Shown here one piece after another: positions 51,788-60,636 of a stretch of 64,000 bases of DNA. Source of the stretch: Alphaproteobacteria bacterium (GTDB lineage: Bacteria > Pseudomonadota > Alphaproteobacteria > Micavibrionales > UBA2020); assembly GCA_965279315.1 (NCBI GenBank), contig OZ257145.1, forward strand, positions 1,933,536-1,997,535, in the 5' to 3' direction. Numbering within the stretch: position 1 is the first letter of the stretch; each line of letters begins with the position of its first letter. The notes below the pieces were generated by a model, which was given only the letters and a program-made list of their open reading frames with translations, did not search any database and was not told the DNA's origin. The translations under genes and the position numbers were made by a program.

Positions 51788-52435
51788 TTATTTGCGCAGG
51801 TTCAGGCCGGGGCGTTTTTTGCGGTCGTCGCGCAGCTGGCCTTGCGTATTTGCGGCCTTCGCCTGACGCTGCTTTTCATGCGTGCCGGCGTATTTGTTGA
51901 ACATCGCCGTCACGCGCGCCTTTTCGTCCGCTGTTTTGCGGCCATCGGTTGCGATATCGAGCGAGGTTTTTCCTTGCGCGTCGGGTGCGGTGAAATCGGC
52001 GCCAGCCTCCAGCATTTGCAGCATGATGCCGGGCGCATTTGACGACAGCCAGCCGCGCGCCGCCACATGCAGCGGCGTCTGGCCTGCGTTGTTTTTGATG
52101 TCGAGGCGCGGCTTGGCGGCCAGCAGGATTTTCGCGACCTTGTCGTCGCCCCCGATGGTGCTGGCCGCGATGCGGTGCAGCGGCGTGTTGCCGTCGCGGT
52201 CGCCGATATTGATGTCTGCGCCTGCGGCCAGCAGCGCCTCGATGCAATCCTTGCGCTCCTGCCAGGTGCCGCCGATCAGGCGGCCGAGGGGCGATGCGTT
52301 TTTGTCGCCGGATAATGTGTTGGGGTTCGCGCCAAGGCGCAAGGCCTCCTGCAGCCCCTCCAGCGAATAATTGCCGATTGCGGCAATCAGCCGCTGGTCG
52401 AGCGCGGCTTGTTCGGCGGCGGTGCGGCCTGCCAT
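51788..52435 (-). CDS. Ankyrin-repeat protein (215 aa)
   Basis: GADINIGDRDGNTPLHRIAA.., LDIKNNAGQTPLHVAARG.., and GADFTAPDAQGKTSLDIA. These are canonical ANK units. Confidence 0.85.
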   Translation of the reverse strand: MAGRTAAEQAALDQRLIAAIGNYSLEGLQEALRLGANPNTLSGDKNASPLGRLIGGTWQERKDCIEALLAAGADINIGDRDGNTPLHRIAASTIGGDDKVAKILLAAKPRLDIKNNAGQTPLHVAARGWLSSNAPGIMLQMLEAGADFTAPDAQGKTSLDIATDGRKTADEKARVTAMFNKYAGTHEKQRQAKAANTQGQLRDDRKKRPGLNLRK

Positions 52436-52437
52436 GA

Positions 52438-52953
52438 TTAACGCTTCGGCGCGTTTTTCAGGTAGGAGGAGGGGCCGGGTTCGACGGGCGGGAAAAGCTG
52501 CTTCAGGCTTTTCTTGTCGATGGCGATATAGTTTTCATCGCGGGTGAGGGGTTTCACTTCCGATCCGATGATGGCGATATACGCGATCAGCGATGCCTCG
52601 AGGTTCACTTCGCCCAGCTGCTCTTTTTCCTCGTCGGGCAGCGCCTTGAACGCTTTCGCGGTCATGACTTTGTCGACGACGTAATGCGTGGGGCTGACGT
52701 TTTCTGCGCCGGCGAACAGCGTGCGCGTATCGGGCTTTTCGCCCTTCTTCATCTTGCGGTCGAAGAATTTGAAATGGTGGGTGTCTTCGGGCAGCGTCAG
52801 TTTCGATACATCGCGGTCCTGCACCTCGGCGTAATGCGCGCCGCTTTCGGTGAAGAAGCGCACATAGGTGTGCATGTCATCGCTGCCGGCGACGGCGTCT
52901 TTGGCGGCCTTGGCGGCACCGAAAAGTTTCTTGAGGGGGTTCTTGAATTCCAT
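52438..52953 (-). CDS. Hypothetical protein (171 aa)
   Basis: ORF 52438..53019 trimmed to Met23, with RBS CAGGAG. Its stop lies 2 nt from the ankyrin gene start. No family recognised. Confidence 0.6.
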   Translation of the reverse strand: MEFKNPLKKLFGAAKAAKDAVAGSDDMHTYVRFFTESGAHYAEVQDRDVSKLTLPEDTHHFKFFDRKMKKGEKPDTRTLFAGAENVSPTHYVVDKVMTAKAFKALPDEEKEQLGEVNLEASLIAYIAIIGSEVKPLTRDENYIAIDKKSLKQLFPPVEPGPSSYLKNAPKR

Positions 52954-53079
52954 TTCAAAAGCTCCTGAGTAAAAATTGCATGCTGAGGAGGGTATAAGCC
53001 GACCTTTATGGAATGTCAACCGGCCATATTTTAGGACAGCTGCACGGAATAAACGGCCATTTGGCGGGCAGTGCGGGTT

Positions 53080-53727
53080 CTATTCCTGCGCCACGGGGGC
53101 GGTTTTCATGCCGATCACGAAACTGTCGATCAGGTAATTGGCCATGCTTTCAAACGCGCTTTCGCCATCGAGCTTGGGCATCTTGCCGGTTTCTTCAAGG
53201 AAGCACAGGCCGTGGGTGGAGGCCCAGAGGATGCGCGCCGCCATCTTCATCTTGCGCTGCTGCTTGCCCGAGAAAGTAGGGGCGAGCAGGATTTCGAGGG
53301 AGGTGAACAACCGGTCGATTTTTTCCTGATACCACGGCTCCACCTTGCGCGTTTCCGGCAGGTCGTGGCTGAACAGCATCAGCCAGTAGGGGCGCATATC
53401 CTGCGCGAAACTGCGGTACAGCTGCGCCATTTTCTTCATGTTCTGCACGGGCGTTTTTTTCGCGTCGTGGCAGGCGGGGGAGGACAGCACGCCATGCAGC
53501 AAATCAAGCGTGCGCGCATTCACCTGCAAATACAGCGCATCCATCGACGGGAAGACGTTATAGATCGTGCCGGGGGCGTAACCGATAGCATCGGCCAGCC
53601 GCCGCGCGGTCAGCCCCTGCGGGCCTTCCTTGCCGACCAGCCGCCACGACATCTCCAGAATCAGGTTTTTGAGTTCCTCGCGGGTATGGTCCTTGCGGCG
53701 CGCCATGGCTTTGATCCTTTGCCCCAT
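53080..53727 (-). CDS. TetR/AcrR-family transcriptional regulator
   Basis: HTH region EGPQGLTARRLADAIGYAPGTIYNVFPSMDAL, followed by a helical ligand domain. An alternative start is Met8 at 53706. Confidence 0.88.
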   Translation of the reverse strand: MGQRIKAMARRKDHTREELKNLILEMSWRLVGKEGPQGLTARRLADAIGYAPGTIYNVFPSMDALYLQVNARTLDLLHGVLSSPACHDAKKTPVQNMKKMAQLYRSFAQDMRPYWLMLFSHDLPETRKVEPWYQEKIDRLFTSLEILLAPTFSGKQQRKMKMAARILWASTHGLCFLEETGKMPKLDGESAFESMANYLIDSFVIGMKTAPVAQE

Positions 53728-53748
53728 AATAGCCTGATATTAAACGAT

Positions 53749-53812
53749 GTTCAATATTTATATTGAACGGTGTTCAGGACTATGGGATGATGAATAATGA
53801 ACGGTGTTCATT
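53749..53812. promoter_or_regulatory. Three GTTCA/TGAAC-core palindromes (candidate TetR operators) in the divergent intergenic region
   Basis: GTTCAATAT-TT-ATATTGAAC (53749-53768), TGAAC-GGT-GTTCA (53764-53776), and AATGAAC-GGT-GTTCATT (53796-53812). Confidence 0.55.
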
Positions 53813-53829
53813 ATACAGGGAGATACACG

Positions 53830-54051
53830 ATGAAACGCGGCACATTACTCACAGTACCCGTACTGGTCGGTAGCGGGGCTGCATTGATCGCGAGCCTACC
53901 GGCATCGCTGCCCATGGCGGTCGGTTTTGCGGGCGTGGCGGGGTGGGAGGGATTTGCCAAGCTGCGCGAATTCTGGGCGGATTTGCACCTGCTGCATTTC
54001 CGCGGGTCGTTCGGTTACTACAACTACGGCTATTCGCGTCACAAGAAATAG
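53830..54051 (+). CDS. Small membrane protein (73 aa)
   Basis: ORF 53797..54051 trimmed to Met12, with RBS AGGGAG. The earlier ATG lies inside the operator palindrome. TM helices are LLTVPVLVGSGAALIASL and LPMAVGFAGVAGW. Confidence 0.5.
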   Translation: MKRGTLLTVPVLVGSGAALIASLPASLPMAVGFAGVAGWEGFAKLREFWADLHLLHFRGSFGYYNYGYSRHKK

Positions 54052-54063
54052 GGGAGGCGGTGG

Positions 54064-54381
54064 ATGGCTGACGATGGCCTGCGGACGACCGAATTCACCG
54101 AAGCCGGATCAAATGCGGAATACCGGCTGCTCAGCGACACGCAAATCCTGCTGGCGACGCCGCGCGGCAAGGGATGGCTGAACCAGTATTTCGATTTTTC
54201 CTCGCGCAGGCCGACGATACGGTTTGAAGTGGATACGGGCTCTGCGCGCATCGACCTCGGCACCGTACAGATGGCGGCGGTGGATGGCGAGCGCACGAAA
54301 CATCTGACGAATGCGTGGCGCGCGCTGTGTGCGCTGTGCGTCGTCTATAATCCGGTCAGATCGTCCCCGTTTCCGGGTTGA
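54064..54381 (+). CDS. Hypothetical protein (105 aa)
   Basis: RBS GGGGAGG lies 6 nt upstream. The 3' end overlaps the convergent rlmJ 3' end by 26 nt. No family recognised. Confidence 0.5.
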   Translation: MADDGLRTTEFTEAGSNAEYRLLSDTQILLATPRGKGWLNQYFDFSSRRPTIRFEVDTGSARIDLGTVQMAAVDGERTKHLTNAWRALCALCVVYNPVRSSPFPG

Positions 54382-55210
54382 TCGGCTGGTTGTCGAGCCA
54401 ATAGACATCGCCATGCGCTTTTTGCGGCATGCCGTCGGCGATGTGGTTGGTCAGGTCTTCCAGCACATTGATCGGCCAGGGCGGGTTGACGATGGCGATG
54501 CCGGAGCCGAACATGCGGTAGCCTTCGGTCGGCGCTTTATCGAGGCGCACTTCGCTCACCAGCACATCCTTCACGCCGGATTTGCGCAGATGGGTCAGCA
54601 GCTGCACATGGCCTTGCGCCTCCAGCAGCGGATACCAGATCAGGAAAACGCCCTGCGGCCATTTTTTCCAAGCCAGATTTACTTGCTTCGCGGTCTGCAC
54701 ATATTCGGTCTTGATTTCGTATGACGGGTCGATGATGACAAGCCCCTTGCGAAGCGCAGGGGGCGAGAAATCGACGATGGATTGAAACCCGTCTTTTTGC
54801 TGCAAATCGACATTCGCTGCGCCGGACATGGTTTTCTGCAGTTCCTCGAATTCGCCGGGGTGGCGTTCGATACAGGTCAGCTTGTCGGTTGCGCGCAGGA
54901 TCTTGCGCGCGATCATGGATGATCCGGGCCAGGTAACAAGCGCGCCATCGGGGTTAAAGCCGCTGACGATTTCCTTCAGGCCGGCGGGCAGCCCGTCATT
55001 CTCCCAGAAATGCTGTGCGCCGCTGATGTATTCGGATGTTTTCTGCGCTTCTTCGGAGTTGAGGTCATAGGTGCCGCGCCCCGCATGGGTGTCCAGCACG
55101 GCGAGTTTCGGGTTCTTCGCCTTCAGCGATTTCAAAAGCTCGACCAGAATGGCGTGCTTGTGTACATCGGCGAAGTTTCCGGCGTGGTAAATGTGCTGGT
55201 AGCTGAGCAT
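54356..55210 (-). CDS. rlmJ: 23S rRNA (adenine2030-N6)-methyltransferase
   Basis: MLSYQHIYHAGNFADVHKHAILV..LDTHAGRGTYDL..IIDPSYE..IWYP. Confidence 0.9.
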   Translation of the reverse strand: MLSYQHIYHAGNFADVHKHAILVELLKSLKAKNPKLAVLDTHAGRGTYDLNSEEAQKTSEYISGAQHFWENDGLPAGLKEIVSGFNPDGALVTWPGSSMIARKILRATDKLTCIERHPGEFEELQKTMSGAANVDLQQKDGFQSIVDFSPPALRKGLVIIDPSYEIKTEYVQTAKQVNLAWKKWPQGVFLIWYPLLEAQGHVQLLTHLRKSGVKDVLVSEVRLDKAPTEGYRMFGSGIAIVNPPWPINVLEDLTNHIADGMPQKAHGDVYWLDNQPINPETGTI

Positions 55211-55242
55211 TTTTTTTAAGTCCTGCGGTTGGAAAAGAAAAA

Positions 55243-55264
55243 GCCCTTAGACGCTGCTAAGGGC
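55243..55264 (-). terminator. Rho-independent terminator of the cold-shock gene
   Basis: GCCCTTAG / CTAAGGGC form the stem. The minus strand then continues TTTTTCTTTT. Confidence 0.8.
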
Positions 55265-55293
55265 CTTTCTTTGGAAATCTTACCAGAAAAACC

Positions 55294-55500
55294 TTACGCG
55301 GTCTTCAGGTTCACGGCGGTCATGCGGCCCTGGCGGTCGGGCGCCAGTTCGAAATCGACTTTCTGGCCTTCCGCCAGTTCGCGCAGGCCGGATTTTTCAA
55401 CTGCGGAGATATGCACGAACACATCCGTTCCGCCGCCATCGGGCACGATAAAGCCGAAGCCTTTTTTGTTGTTGAACCATTTCACGGAACCACTGGGCAT
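55294..55500 (-). CDS. cspA: Cold-shock protein (CspA family)
   Basis: [34 protein letters not shown]. The RNP1 and RNP2 motifs are present. Confidence 0.95.
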   Translation of the reverse strand: MPSGSVKWFNNKKGFGFIVPDGGGTDVFVHISAVEKSGLRELAEGQKVDFELAPDRQGRMTAVNLKTA

Positions 55501-55692
55501 TAAGTCTCTCCTTGGGCAAGTTTGGCATGACCGGACGGGCGTTTTTGATGCGCACGACCATGACTAGAATTAGACGATTTCGATTTTTGCCGCAACAAAA
55601 TATGGCCTGCCGGAAAAGCCGCGGAATGCCGCGATTTTTCCGGTGCTGCGGTGCGAAAAGATTCAGGGTTATGTTATCTGGAATCCGATTCT

Positions 55693-56070
55693 TTAAAAGA
55701 ACAGGCAGAGCAGCCAGACGACGCCGACATTGCAGCAGGCGACGAAGACCGCCGCGCTGCCCGCATCCTTGGCCTGTTTCGCGTAGGCGTTCCATTCGGT
55801 GCCGTGACGGTTCACGACGGCTTCGATCGCGGAATTGATGATCTCGATCACCAGCACAATCAACAGGCTGCCGATCATCATCGCCTTTGCGATGCCCCCC
55901 GGCCCGTAATACAGCGCGACAGGGGCGAGGATGAGGGAGGCGAGCAGTTCCTGACGGAATGCGGCTTCGGATTTGAATGTCGCCTTCAGCCCGTCGAAAG
56001 TATATCCGAAGGCGCGCAGGATGCGGGTCAGGCCGGTCGCCTTGTCGGGCACTTTGCCGGGTTCGGTCAT
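55693..56070 (-). CDS. dgkA: Diacylglycerol kinase
   Basis: RILRAFGYTFDGLKATFKSEAAFRQELL..VLVIEIINSAIEAVVNR..AKDAGSAAVF. Confidence 0.9.
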   Translation of the reverse strand: MTEPGKVPDKATGLTRILRAFGYTFDGLKATFKSEAAFRQELLASLILAPVALYYGPGGIAKAMMIGSLLIVLVIEIINSAIEAVVNRHGTEWNAYAKQAKDAGSAAVFVACCNVGVVWLLCLFF

Positions 56071-57845
56071 GTGACATCCTTTTGCTGATACGACTTGTAA
56101 ATATCGCGGATCGGGCCGTCGGTCGTCAAGGCGACGGATGACGGCAGGTCGGAGGTGATGCGGCCTTTATCAAGGTAAATGATGCGGTCGAATTCCGGCA
56201 GCAAATGCAGGCGGTGCAGCGTCGCGACGACGCTCTTGCCCTTGAAATGGCTGAACAGGTTTTTGAAAATCTTTTCCTCGGTCGGCAAATCGACGCTGCT
56301 GGTGGGTTCGTCCAGCAGGATGATGTCGGATTGCTCCGCCGCGAACAAGCCGCGGGCCAGCGCAAGGCGCTGTTTCTGCCCCACCGAAAGGTTGACGCCT
56401 TTTTCGCGGATATCGGTGTCGAGGCCTTTGGGCAGCTGTTCCAGCACGGGCAGGAATTCGGCCAGGTCGAGCGCGCGCAAGACGTCGCTGTCCGGCACAT
56501 CGAGGCCGAAGCTGACATTGAAACGGATGGTGTTTTCAAAAATTTCGGGGTCCTGCGGGATCAGCGTGGTGAGTTGCGACAGCGCATCGAAACCCGCCTT
56601 CTGCCCGTCCACCGTCACATCGGCATGCTGCGGGTTGTGAAGCGCGCGCAAGAGCGACAGGAGCGTCGATTTGCCGCCGCCCGACCCGCCGATCAGCGCG
56701 ATTTTTTCGCCATGGCCGAGCTTCAGGTTGATATCGGCCAGCGTCGCGGTTTCGCGGTTCATTTTCGTGGCATAGGTGAATTTCAGGTTGCGGATGTCGA
56801 GGTCTTTCCATGTCGGCGGCAGGGCGGCGGGCGCGTCGGCCGCCAGCTTGGTATGGTCATCCACGATATGCTGCGTGGCGCGCAGGTCGGTCAGCGCGTT
56901 CAGCCATGTGCCGTGCATCCAGATGAAATCGAACATCTGGCCGCCGACTTTTTCCTGATACATGTAGATGGTGACAAGCGCGCCCGCCGCGATCGCATGG
57001 CCCGCCTGCAGCTGGAACCAGATATAGCCCAGCAGGATGATTGTCATGGTCGCAATCGAAAACATCGTGCCGAAGAAAAAACGCCATTCATTCAGGTACG
57101 CCTCGCGCATGAACGGCGGCAGGGTGTGCTGCAGTTTCGAATTCAGCGTCGATTTGGAAAAGGCCTGCAGGCGCAGGATGACGATGCTGACCATATTTCC
57201 GACAAAATCATAGAAGGTCGCATTGGCGGCGTGGCCGGCCTCGTTCATTTCATGGATCGCCTGCGTCATGCGGCGGTTGAGCATCACGATCAGCGACAGG
57301 CTGATCGCCGTGCCGGTGAAGCTGATCAGGCCGATCCAGGGGTTGAAACTGGTCAGCATGATGAGCGAGCCGGTGAGCGACACCACGCGCTGGAAGCTGA
57401 TGAACGAATTCTCGGTAAAGCCGCGCAGGGCGCTTGCCGCTGTGCGGATGCGGTTGATGGTGCTGCCGGAATGGTGGTCCTGGTGCCAGCTGAGCGGCAT
57501 TTCGGTGAGGCGCGAAAACATCGCGGTCGTGTACTGGATAAAGACCAGCTGCGCGCAGCGGCGCTCGATCACGCGGCCGGGGCCATGGAACACCCACATC
57601 ATGAAATGGCAGGCGATGATGAAGCACAGGAAACGCAGGCAGTCGTTGAACAGGTTCGGCCCCGCCGCCTGCAGCGTGTTGATCAGCTGCCCGAACAGCC
57701 ATGGAATGGCCAAATCAAAGCACATCGCGAACAGGAACAGCAGGTGGTAAAACGCGATATGGCTGCGCACGCCCTGCGCATATTTCCACACCTCCATCCA
57801 GAGGCGGGCATAGGAAAGCTGGGCAAGCGGGTTTTTAAAGGACAT
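56067..57845 (-). CDS. ABC exporter, fused permease/ATPase (MsbA/type I exporter-like)
   Basis: Six-TM N-terminal half. Walker A GGSGGGKST, signature LSVGQKQRLALAR, and Walker B ILLDEPTSSVD. A 4-nt overlap joins it to the dgkA start. Confidence 0.9.
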   Translation of the reverse strand: MSFKNPLAQLSYARLWMEVWKYAQGVRSHIAFYHLLFLFAMCFDLAIPWLFGQLINTLQAAGPNLFNDCLRFLCFIIACHFMMWVFHGPGRVIERRCAQLVFIQYTTAMFSRLTEMPLSWHQDHHSGSTINRIRTAASALRGFTENSFISFQRVVSLTGSLIMLTSFNPWIGLISFTGTAISLSLIVMLNRRMTQAIHEMNEAGHAANATFYDFVGNMVSIVILRLQAFSKSTLNSKLQHTLPPFMREAYLNEWRFFFGTMFSIATMTIILLGYIWFQLQAGHAIAAGALVTIYMYQEKVGGQMFDFIWMHGTWLNALTDLRATQHIVDDHTKLAADAPAALPPTWKDLDIRNLKFTYATKMNRETATLADINLKLGHGEKIALIGGSGGGKSTLLSLLRALHNPQHADVTVDGQKAGFDALSQLTTLIPQDPEIFENTIRFNVSFGLDVPDSDVLRALDLAEFLPVLEQLPKGLDTDIREKGVNLSVGQKQRLALARGLFAAEQSDIILLDEPTSSVDLPTEEKIFKNLFSHFKGKSVVATLHRLHLLPEFDRIIYLDKGRITSDLPSSVALTTDGPIRDIYKSYQQKDVT

Positions 57846-58019
57846 AGGGCGATTCTAAAGGGCTGTTCCTGCCGAATATAGTCGCCGTTTCGTTCTTTGT
57901 CATTACATGAGTAGGCAAAAAGGCCGCATCCGCCCCTTTTTCGCACGGCCGATTTGATTGTATTGCACCGGTTGGGAGGAGTAATATACGGCCATAAACT
58001 CTGCAAAGTGAGTCTTCCC

Positions 58020-59423
58020 ATGGAACTTGATCCTGTTTTGCTGGCCCGTATCCAGTTTGCCTTTACGATAAGTTTTCACATCGTCTTCCCCGCATTTACC
58101 ATCGGCCTGGCAAGCTTTTTGGCGGTGATCGAGTTTCTCTGGCTTAAAACCGGAAAGCAGCAATACCGCGACATCTATAAATTCTGGGTCAAGATATTTG
58201 CCGTCGCTTTCGGCATGGGTGTCGTTTCCGGCGTCGTCATGTCGTATCAGTTGGGGACAAACTGGTCTGTGTTTTCGGACCGCATCGCGAACGTCATCGG
58301 CCCGCTGCTGGGCTTTGAAGTGTTAACCGCATTTTTCCTCGAGGCGTCGTTTCTGGGCATCATGCTGTTCGGCTGGGGGCGCGTCAGCAAGCGGATGCAT
58401 TTTGCCGCGACCTGCATCGTGGCGGGCGGCACGCTGTTATCGGCCTTCTGGATTTTATCCGCGAACAGCTGGATGCAAACGCCACAGGGCTTCGTGGTGG
58501 CGGCAGACGGCAGGTTGATGCCCACCAACTGGCTGGAGGTCATCTTCAATCCCTCGTTCCCCTATCGTTTCGCGCATATGGTCACGGCGGCTTACCTGAC
58601 GACGGCCTTTGTCGTGGGCGGCGTCGGCGCATTTTACCTGTGGAGCAAGCGTCACCTGCCGCAGGCAAAAATCATGCTGGGTATGGCGGTCATGATGGCT
58701 GCGCTGGTGGCGCCCGTTCAGCTGTTCATCGGCCACCTGCACGGCGAAAACACGATGGAGCATCAGCCGGCCAAGGTCGCCGCGATGGAAGGAAACTGGG
58801 AACACACGGCAAATGCCCCGCTTTACCTGTTCGGCGTGCCAAACCAGGAAAAGGAAACGACCGAATACGGCATCACCATTCCGGGCGGCGCAAGCTGGAT
58901 ATTGACCGGAGATGCAAACGGAAAAATCCCGCACCTGAAGGCGTTCAAGCCGCAGGACCGCCCGCCCGTGATCTGGGTTTTCTGGTCGTTTCGCGTCATG
59001 GTTGGTCTTGGCATCATGATGATCCTGATCGGCGCTGTCAGCGCCATACAGTATTTCCGCGGAAAACTTTTTTCCAGCAAGTGGCTTCATGGCTGGTGGA
59101 TGCTGATGATGCCATCCGGTTTCGTGGCGTTGCTGGCGGGCTGGTTTGTGACGGAAACCGGGCGCCAGCCCTATACGGCCTACGGGGTTATCAGAACGAT
59201 TGAATCTGTATCGCCTGCGATTTTGGGGCCGCAGGTGGCGTGGTCGCTGCTGTCCTTTGTTGTGATGTACACCCTCGTTTTTGGCGCCGGCAGCTATTAC
59301 ATCCTGCAGTTGATCGGCAAGGGCATACCGGCAGGGAACGAAGAAGAACAGTTTTACAGGCACAGCATCGAGGTCACGCCCGTGGCGTCGATGTCCGGCG
59401 AGAAAGGAAAGAAAAATGTTTGA
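58020..59423 (+). CDS. cydA: Cytochrome bd-type ubiquinol oxidase subunit I (short Q-loop, CioA-like)
   Basis: Trimmed to Met23 (MELDPVLLARIQFAFTISFHIVFPAFTIGLA). It contains GWGRVS, the AKVAAMEGNWE region, and GWFVTETGRQPY. Confidence 0.92.
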   Translation: MELDPVLLARIQFAFTISFHIVFPAFTIGLASFLAVIEFLWLKTGKQQYRDIYKFWVKIFAVAFGMGVVSGVVMSYQLGTNWSVFSDRIANVIGPLLGFEVLTAFFLEASFLGIMLFGWGRVSKRMHFAATCIVAGGTLLSAFWILSANSWMQTPQGFVVAADGRLMPTNWLEVIFNPSFPYRFAHMVTAAYLTTAFVVGGVGAFYLWSKRHLPQAKIMLGMAVMMAALVAPVQLFIGHLHGENTMEHQPAKVAAMEGNWEHTANAPLYLFGVPNQEKETTEYGITIPGGASWILTGDANGKIPHLKAFKPQDRPPVIWVFWSFRVMVGLGIMMILIGAVSAIQYFRGKLFSSKWLHGWWMLMMPSGFVALLAGWFVTETGRQPYTAYGVIRTIESVSPAILGPQVAWSLLSFVVMYTLVFGAGSYYILQLIGKGIPAGNEEEQFYRHSIEVTPVASMSGEKGKKNV

Positions 59424-60438
59424 TTTTTCTTCGTCGATTGATCTTCCGCTGATCTGGGGTTTATTGATCGCAGTGGCGGTATTTCTGTATGTTCTGCTCG
59501 ACGGGTTTGACCTCGGTATCGGCATTCTGTTTCCTTTTGCGCCGTCCGACAAATGCCGCGACCGCATGATGAATTCTATCGCCCCGTTCTGGGACGGCAA
59601 CGAAACATGGCTGGTGCTGGGCGGCGGCGGATTGTTTGCGGCCTTCCCGCTGGCCTATGCGGTGCTGATGCCCGCTTTCTATATTCCCATCATCGTGATG
59701 CTGCTGGGGCTTATCATGCGCGGCGTCGCGTTTGAATTCAGGTTCAAGGCGGCGGGCAAGTCGCGGCGGCTGTGGGATTACGCGTTCCATTTCGGTTCGC
59801 TGGCGGCGGCGTTTTCCCAAGGGCTTGTGCTTGGCGCGTTCGTGCAGGGAGTCGAGGTTGACGGGCGTAATTTTTCTGGCGGGCCGTTTGACTGGGCGAC
59901 GGGTTTCAGCGTCATGACCGGCATCGCTGTCGTTTTCGGCTATGCTTTGCTGGGCGCGACATGGCTTGTCATGAAGGTGGAGGATGTGACGCAGTCCTGG
60001 GCGCGGCGCGTTGCCTCTTATGTGCTGGGCTTTGTCGGCATTTTTATGGCGCTGGTCAGCCTGTCGATGCCTTTCCTGAACGATGCAATCCGCCTTTTCT
60101 GGTTTAGCACGCCGAATATCTTTTTCCTGCTGCCGATACCCGTTATCACGGGCGGCCTGTTCGTGCTGGCATGGCGCGACCTTGCGCGGAAGAAAGCGGA
60201 ATACCGCCCGTTTTTTGCCAGCGTCGGCATATTCATGATGGGTTATGCTGGCCTTGCGATCAGCATTTTTCCGTGGATTATCCCCTTTAAATATAGCATC
60301 TGGCAGGCGGCGGCGTCCGGCCCGGGTTTGTCTTTGATGCTGGTGGGCGTGGTGCCTTTGCTGCCGCTGATATTGGGCTATACCGGTTACAGCTATTACA
60401 TTTTCAGGGGCAAGGCGAGCCATGAACACGCATATTAA
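59416..60438 (+). CDS. cydB: Cytochrome bd-type ubiquinol oxidase subunit II
   Basis: LYVLLDGFDLGIGILFP..APFWDGNETWLVLGGG... It overlaps the cydA stop by 8 nt. Confidence 0.92.
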   Translation: MFDFSSSIDLPLIWGLLIAVAVFLYVLLDGFDLGIGILFPFAPSDKCRDRMMNSIAPFWDGNETWLVLGGGGLFAAFPLAYAVLMPAFYIPIIVMLLGLIMRGVAFEFRFKAAGKSRRLWDYAFHFGSLAAAFSQGLVLGAFVQGVEVDGRNFSGGPFDWATGFSVMTGIAVVFGYALLGATWLVMKVEDVTQSWARRVASYVLGFVGIFMALVSLSMPFLNDAIRLFWFSTPNIFFLLPIPVITGGLFVLAWRDLARKKAEYRPFFASVGIFMMGYAGLAISIFPWIIPFKYSIWQAAASGPGLSLMLVGVVPLLPLILGYTGYSYYIFRGKASHEHAY

Positions 60439-60574
60439 AAAAATCGGCGACTGGCTCGGCCGTCATCCGCATATGCGCGAATGGTGCTGGTTTGTGGCGC
60501 TGTGGCTGGGCGGGCTTTTAACAGCGCTGTCCATGGCCTATCCCCTCAAATGGATCATCCGCGAGTTCATGTAG
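60422..60574 (+). CDS. Small membrane protein after cydB (DUF2474-like, 50 aa), below the ORF-track cutoff
   Basis: The ATG overlaps the cydB 3' end. The protein is MNTHIKKIGDWLGRHPHMREWCWFVALWLGGLLTALSMAYPLKWIIREFM. Both position and size match the small subunit-like ORFs of cio-type operons. Confidence 0.5.
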   Translation: MNTHIKKIGDWLGRHPHMREWCWFVALWLGGLLTALSMAYPLKWIIREFM

Positions 60575-60591
60575 CGCGCAGCGCAAAGAAA

Positions 60592-60613
60592 AACCCCGGC
60601 TTTCGCCGGGGTT
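60592..60613. terminator. Bidirectional terminator hairpin (REP-type stem)
   Basis: AACCCCGGC-TTTC-GCCGGGGTT lies between the convergent cyd operon and the dsbA-like gene. Confidence 0.65.
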
Positions 60614-60636
60614 CTGGTGGTATCCGGATCAGCCGG

